Shown in pieces: positions 59,555 through 64,000 of a DNA stretch of 64,000 nucleotides. Every line of letters begins with the position of its first letter. Within the stretch, counting starts at the first letter, position 1. Origin of the DNA: an uncultured Actinomycetota bacterium (lineage in GTDB: Bacteria > Actinomycetota > Actinomycetes > JAFAQI01); the NCBI GenBank assembly GCA_963770565.1, contig CAVYQE010000001.1, positions 608,001 through 672,000 of the forward strand. The letters are read 5' to 3'. Made by a program: the position numbers and the translations under genes. The notes under the pieces were generated by a model. It was not told where the DNA came from, searched no databases, and was given only the letters and a program-made list of their open reading frames with translations.

Positions 59555-60409
59555 ATGACCAAGCGAAGCAAGTCCTATCAGGCCGCCGCCGCACTGATCG
59601 ACCGCGAGCGGCTCTACGCCCCGCTCGAGGCGGTGCGGCTGGCCAAGCAGACCACGACCACCAAGCGGTTCGACGCGACCGTCGAGGTCGCGATGCGGCT
59701 CGGGGTCGACCCCCGCAAGGCCGACCAGATGGTCCGCGGCACCGTGTCGCTCCCGCACGGCACCGGCAAGACCGCGCGGGTGGCGGTCTTCGCGACCGGC
59801 GAGAAGGCCGAAGAGGCACGCGCCGCGGGTGCCGACATCGTCGGTGGCGACGAGCTGATCGAACAGGTCGCCGGCGGGATGCTCGACTTCGATGCCGCGG
59901 TGTCCACCCCTGACCTGATGGGCAAGGTCGGCCGGTTGGGCCGGGTTCTCGGCCCGCGCGGCCTCATGCCGAACCCGAAGACCGGCACGGTGACCGTCGA
60001 CGTCGGAAAGGCCGTCACCGACATCAAGGGCGGCAAGATCGAGTACCGCGTCGACCGCCAGGCCAACCTGCACTTCGTGATCGGCAAGACCTCCTTCACC
60101 GACCTGCAGCTGGTCGAGAACTACGCGACCGCGCTCGACGAGGTGATCCGCGCCAAGCCCTCGTCCGCAAAGGGCCGCTACATCCGCAAGGTCGCGGTCT
60201 CGACCACGATGGGTCCGGGCATTCCGGTCGACCCGGCCCGGACCCGCAACCTGACCGAGGCGGACGCCGGGAGCGAATTCGAACCCGGCAACGCGCCCGA
60301 GCCAGCGGTCGCCGCCGAGGTGCCGGCGGAGGCGCCGGATGCGGAGACCGAGGCCCAGGCCGAGGCGCCGGTCGTTGACGCCGAGATGGAAGCAGCGCCC
60401 GCCGAGTAG
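59555..60409 (+). CDS. rplA: 50S ribosomal protein L1 with acidic C-terminal tail
   Basis: [30 protein letters not shown] and STTMGPG motifs. Confidence 0.98.
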   Translation: MTKRSKSYQAAAALIDRERLYAPLEAVRLAKQTTTTKRFDATVEVAMRLGVDPRKADQMVRGTVSLPHGTGKTARVAVFATGEKAEEARAAGADIVGGDELIEQVAGGMLDFDAAVSTPDLMGKVGRLGRVLGPRGLMPNPKTGTVTVDVGKAVTDIKGGKIEYRVDRQANLHFVIGKTSFTDLQLVENYATALDEVIRAKPSSAKGRYIRKVAVSTTMGPGIPVDPARTRNLTEADAGSEFEPGNAPEPAVAAEVPAEAPDAETEAQAEAPVVDAEMEAAPAE

Positions 60410-60457
60410 CCCACGAGGGGTTTGAGGTCTCATCGGGCCGCTGCTAACCTCGGCGGC

Positions 60458-60535
60458 TGCCTCAGACCGCAGGTCGTTGCCCGCTCTGGCGGGTGACCGA
60501 AGGATCCGCGAGAGCGGACGTCCGGCGCAGGTGAG
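60458..60535 (+). promoter_or_regulatory. L10 leader (ribosomal protein autoregulatory RNA)
   Basis: AGACCGCAGG...CCGAAGG...CCGGCGCAGG pattern downstream of a TAACCT -10, upstream of rplJ. Confidence 0.75.
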
Positions 60536-60574
60536 TGGTTCGTCAGTCAGGCGCAGGCTTTCACTGCGCAGACC

Positions 60575-60607
60575 AACGCCCCGCGCGCCGTGCGCCGGGG
60601 CGTTTTT
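60575..60607 (+). terminator. attenuator-like hairpin with U-tract in the rplJ leader
   Basis: AACGCCCCG...CGGGGCGTTTTT. Confidence 0.65.
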
Positions 60608-60665
60608 CCTGCCCTGCATCGTCCCGAGGCGGTACGACGGATCCACCCACCGAAGGGACGCACGC

Positions 60666-61442
60666 ATGGTCAGGCCAGACAAGGCGGCCGCGGTCGCTGA
60701 GCTCACCGAGGCCTTTCGCACGTCGTCGGCTGCCGTCCTCACCGAGTATCGAGGGCTCACGGTCGCCGAGCTGAAGACGCTGCGGCGCACGCTGGCTGGC
60801 AACGCGACGTACGCCGTCGTGAAGAACACGTTGACCAAGATCGCGGCCCGCGAGGCCGGCATCGACATGTTCGAGCCGATGCTCGAGGGCCCGTCGGCGA
60901 TTGCGTTCGTGTCCGGCGACGCGGTCGAGGTCGCGAAGGGGCTGCGCAGCTTCGGCCGCGAGCACCCGCACCTCGTCATCAAGGGCGGCATCCTCGACGG
61001 CAAGCCGTTGACCGCGGAAGAGATCCGTCAGCTCGCCGACCTCGAGTCGCGCGAGGTGTTGCTCGCCAAGTTCGCCGGCGGACTGCTCGCGCCGGCTCAG
61101 CAGCTCGCCAACGTGCTCGGGGCCTCGATGGGCCAGCTTGCTCGGCTGCTCGGCGCGCTCGAGGCGAAGCTGGCCAGCGAGCCCGGGGCGGCCGGCACCG
61201 ATGGTGCCAGCGCGGTCGAGCCGACCCCCGCCGTGGCTGAGCCCGAGGCAGTGGCTGAGCCCGAGGCAGTGGCCGAGCCCGAGGCAGTGGCCGAGCCCGA
61301 GGCAGTGGCCGAGCCCGAGGCAGTGGCCGACGCCACCGACAGCGCGACAGACGACGCAAGCACCGACGAGACGCCTACTGACCCAACCCCCACCGACGAG
61401 CCACCGACCGACGATGCGGCTGACGCGTCGGCGCAGAACTGA
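60666..61442 (+). CDS. rplJ: 50S ribosomal protein L10 with long acidic C-terminal extension
   Basis: [19 protein letters not shown] and LADLESRE motifs. Confidence 0.97.
   Translation: MVRPDKAAAVAELTEAFRTSSAAVLTEYRGLTVAELKTLRRTLAGNATYAVVKNTLTKIAAREAGIDMFEPMLEGPSAIAFVSGDAVEVAKGLRSFGREHPHLVIKGGILDGKPLTAEEIRQLADLESREVLLAKFAGGLLAPAQQLANVLGASMGQLARLLGALEAKLASEPGAAGTDGASAVEPTPAVAEPEAVAEPEAVAEPEAVAEPEAVAEPEAVADATDSATDDASTDETPTDPTPTDEPPTDDAADASAQN
61233..61330 (+). repeat. 18-nt tandem repeat (VAEPEA) x5 plus partial, in rplJ
   Basis: GTGGC(T/C)GAGCCCGAGGCA at 61233, 61251, 61269, 61287 and 61305. Confidence 0.95.
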
Positions 61443-61456
61443 CCGAGGAGACTGAC

Positions 61457-61849
61457 ATGGCAACCCTGACCAACGACGAGATCATCGAGGCCCTCAAGGC
61501 CAAGAGCCTGCTCGAGATCTCCGAGCTCGTGAAGCAGTTCGAGGAGACCTTCGGCGTCTCCGCGGCTGCCCCTGTTGCGGCCGCTGCACCTGCGGGTGGC
61601 GGCGGTGGCGGCGCGGCCGCCGAGGCCGAGGAGGAGAAGGACGAGTTCGACGTCATCCTCGAGGCGGCCGGTGAGAAGAAGATCCAGGTCATCAAGGTCG
61701 TGCGAGAGCTGACCAGCCTGGGCCTGAAGGAAGCCAAGGACCTCGTCGACGCCGCCCCCAAGACGGTGCTCGAGAAGGTCGCGAAGGACGCCGCCGACAA
61801 GGGCAAGGAAGCCCTCGAGGGCGCCGGCGCCACCGTTTCGGTCAAGTAG
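61457..61849 (+). CDS. rplL: 50S ribosomal protein L7/L12
   Basis: [23 protein letters not shown] and [11 protein letters not shown] motifs. Confidence 0.98.
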   Translation: MATLTNDEIIEALKAKSLLEISELVKQFEETFGVSAAAPVAAAAPAGGGGGGAAAEAEEEKDEFDVILEAAGEKKIQVIKVVRELTSLGLKEAKDLVDAAPKTVLEKVAKDAADKGKEALEGAGATVSVK

Positions 61850-61889
61850 CCCGACCGCGCCGATCCGGCGCCACCGCACGCGGGTTCTC

Positions 61890-61931
61890 TGAACCGGCGG
61901 CCACCGCGATCTCGCGGCAGCCGCCGGTTCA
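61890..61931 (+). terminator. hairpin terminator after rplL
   Basis: TGAACCGGCGGC...GCCGCCGGTTCA 12-bp stem. Confidence 0.6.
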
Positions 61932-61994
61932 CCCGTTTGGCCCAGGTCTAAGGACTCAAACAGCGGCTGACACCCCACAGTTGGGCGTGGAGAC

Positions 61995-62024
61995 TTGACG
62001 TCAGCCCCGGCCTGGGGGCATCCT
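61995..62024 (+). promoter_or_regulatory. putative rpoB promoter
   Basis: TTGACG-18 bp-CATCCT. Confidence 0.45.
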
Positions 62025-62211
62025 GCTGCGCAGCAGTGACTGAATATGGTGGGCCCGACTAGCGGGTCGTTCTCGACAGCGAGCCTTTTCGCGGCTATGC
62101 TGTCCAGTTGCCGTGCCTCCCGATTCCTCCGCGCTCTGTTTTGATCAAAACAGCGGCGAGTCGATTGGCGTGCGCGTTCATTGACAGCGGGCAACTAGAG
62201 AAGGACCCCAC

Positions 62212-64000
62212 TTGGCCGCATCGCGCTCCTCCGCACCTGCCCCATCCACCCTCGCACCTCGCCGCATCTCCTTCGCGCGGATCAACGAGCCGCTCGAAGT
62301 GCCGAACCTGTTGGCGCTGCAGACCTCGTCGTTCAAATGGTTGATCGGTTCGCCCGAGTGGCGTGACCAGGTCGACGCCGGCGCGTCGTCCGGGCTCGAG
62401 GAGATCCTCTCCGAGATCAGCCCGATCCGAGACTTCTCCGACACCATGTCGCTGGAGTTCCGCGAGCCGAAGCTCATGGACCCCCCGCACTCCATCGAGG
62501 AGTGCAAGGACAAGGACATGACGTACTCCGCGCCGCTGTTCGTGATCGCCGAGTTCACCAACAACGAGACCGGTGAGATCAAGAGCCAGACGGTGTTCAT
62601 GGGCGACTTCCCGCTCATGACCCATCAGGGCACCTTCATCATCAACGGCACCGAGCGGGTCGTGGTTTCCCAGCTCGTCCGCTCCCCGGGCGTCTACTTC
62701 GACCGGACCCTCGACAAGGTCACCGACCGCGAGGTCTATGCGGCCAAGGTGATCCCGGGCCGCGGCGCCTGGCTCGAGTTCGAGGTCGACAAGCGCGACC
62801 AGGTCGGCGTACGGATCGACCGCAAGCGCCGCCAGCCGGTCACCGTGCTGCTCCGGGCGCTCGGCTGGGACAACGAGCGGATCCTCCAGCACTTCGGCGA
62901 GTTCGACTCGATGCGGCTGACCCTCGAGAAGGACCACACGACCACGCCGGACGAGGCGCTGATCGACATCTACCGCAAGCTGCGGCCGGGCGAGCCGCCG
63001 ACCCGCGACGCTGCGGAGACGCTGCTCAACAACCTGTACTTCAACGAGAAGCGCTACGACCTGGCCAAGGTCGGCCGCTACAAGGTGAACAAGAAGCTCG
63101 GCACTGACGTGCCGCAGGGCACCGGCGTCCTCACCGAGGCTGACATCGTTGCGGCGATCGACTACGTCGTCCGGCTGCACCGCGGTGACGCCGGCTACGA
63201 GACCGACGACATCGACCACTTCGGCAACCGGCGGTTGCGTACGGTCGGCGAGCTCATCCAGAACCAGGTCCGGATCGGGCTGTCCCGGATGGAGCGCGTC
63301 GTCCGCGAGCGGATGACCACCCAGGACGTCGAGGCGATCACGCCGCAGACCCTGATCAACATCCGCCCGGTGGTGGCGTCGATCAAGGAGTTCTTCGGCA
63401 CCTCGCAGCTCTCGCAGTTCATGGACCAGACCAACCCGCTCGCGGGGCTCACCCACAAGCGCCGCCTCTCGGCGCTCGGCCCGGGTGGCCTCTCGCGGGA
63501 GCGGGCCGGGTTCGAGGTTCGCGACGTGCACCCCAGCCACTACGGCCGGATGTGCCCGATCGAGACCCCGGAAGGCCCGAACATCGGCCTGATCGGGTCG
63601 CTGTCGACCTACGCCCGGGTAAACCCGTTCGGTTTCGTCGAGACGCCGTACCGCCGGGTCGACAAGGGCCGGGTCACCGACCACATCGACTACCTGACCG
63701 CTGACGAGGAAGACAAGCACGTCATCGCGCAGGCGAATGCGCCGCTCAACGCCAACAGCACCTTCGCGGAGAACCGAGTCCTCGTCCGTCGTAAGGAGGG
63801 TGAGGTCGACTACGTCGAGCCCACCGCCGTCGACTACATGGACGTCTCGCCGCGCCAGATGGTGTCGGTCGCGACCGCGATGATCCCGTTCCTCGAGCAC
63901 GACGACGCCAACCGGGCGTTGATGGGTTCGAACATGCAGCGCCAGTCCGTCCCGCTGCTGCGCAGCGAGGCACCGCTGGTCGGCACCGGGATGGAGTTCC
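62212..64000 (+). CDS. rpoB: DNA-directed RNA polymerase beta subunit (3' partial)
   Basis: TTG start after an AAGGA RBS. Translates [58 protein letters not shown] and [16 protein letters not shown]. Runs off the window end. Confidence 0.98.
   Translation, partial: MAASRSSAPAPSTLAPRRISFARINEPLEVPNLLALQTSSFKWLIGSPEWRDQVDAGASSGLEEILSEISPIRDFSDTMSLEFREPKLMDPPHSIEECKDKDMTYSAPLFVIAEFTNNETGEIKSQTVFMGDFPLMTHQGTFIINGTERVVVSQLVRSPGVYFDRTLDKVTDREVYAAKVIPGRGAWLEFEVDKRDQVGVRIDRKRRQPVTVLLRALGWDNERILQHFGEFDSMRLTLEKDHTTTPDEALIDIYRKLRPGEPPTRDAAETLLNNLYFNEKRYDLAKVGRYKVNKKLGTDVPQGTGVLTEADIVAAIDYVVRLHRGDAGYETDDIDHFGNRRLRTVGELIQNQVRIGLSRMERVVRERMTTQDVEAITPQTLINIRPVVASIKEFFGTSQLSQFMDQTNPLAGLTHKRRLSALGPGGLSRERAGFEVRDVHPSHYGRMCPIETPEGPNIGLIGSLSTYARVNPFGFVETPYRRVDKGRVTDHIDYLTADEEDKHVIAQANAPLNANSTFAENRVLVRRKEGEVDYVEPTAVDYMDVSPRQMVSVATAMIPFLEHDDANRALMGSNMQRQSVPLLRSEAPLVGTGMEF

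Noticed and set aside
62095-63900. 601-aa minus-strand ORF
   Set aside because: Antisense shadow of rpoB, which the ORF track omits because it has no stop inside the window.

Overview
High-GC actinobacterial chromosome segment, mostly conserved housekeeping synteny. In order: epimerase/acyltransferase/HAD genes, a class A PBP, acyl-CoA synthetase, rex-hemA-hemC-cobA/hemD-hemB, hemL with system II cytochrome c biogenesis (resA, ccdA, resB, ccsA), a bldC-family regulator, menG, a MenJ-like reductase, a complete nuoA-N operon and a polyprenyl synthase. After a short accessory block come yajQ, tRNA-Tyr/Thr/Met, rpmG, MaoC-TetR-MFS, aspC, tRNA-Trp, secE-nusG-rplKA-rplJL and the 5' part of rpoB. 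No CRISPR, prophage or transposase was seen. The most unusual signals are: (1) a second, membrane-free nuoB2-nuoC2-nuoI2 mini-operon with intact Fe-S ligands but eroded membrane and quinone-contact elements; (2) two sequence-unrelated intergenic repeat families that share a 31-bp period with alternating dyad axes; (3) four mini-ORFs that bridge adjacent genes through ATGA...(A/G)TGA overlaps; (4) a 96-bp duplication of the rpmG 3' end, next to a GT-rich tract and a Tat-like flavin oxidase that sits where a MaoC partner gene is usually found; (5) acidic repeat tails on NusG, L1 and L10. All calls come from reading motifs and recalled synteny; no searches were run.
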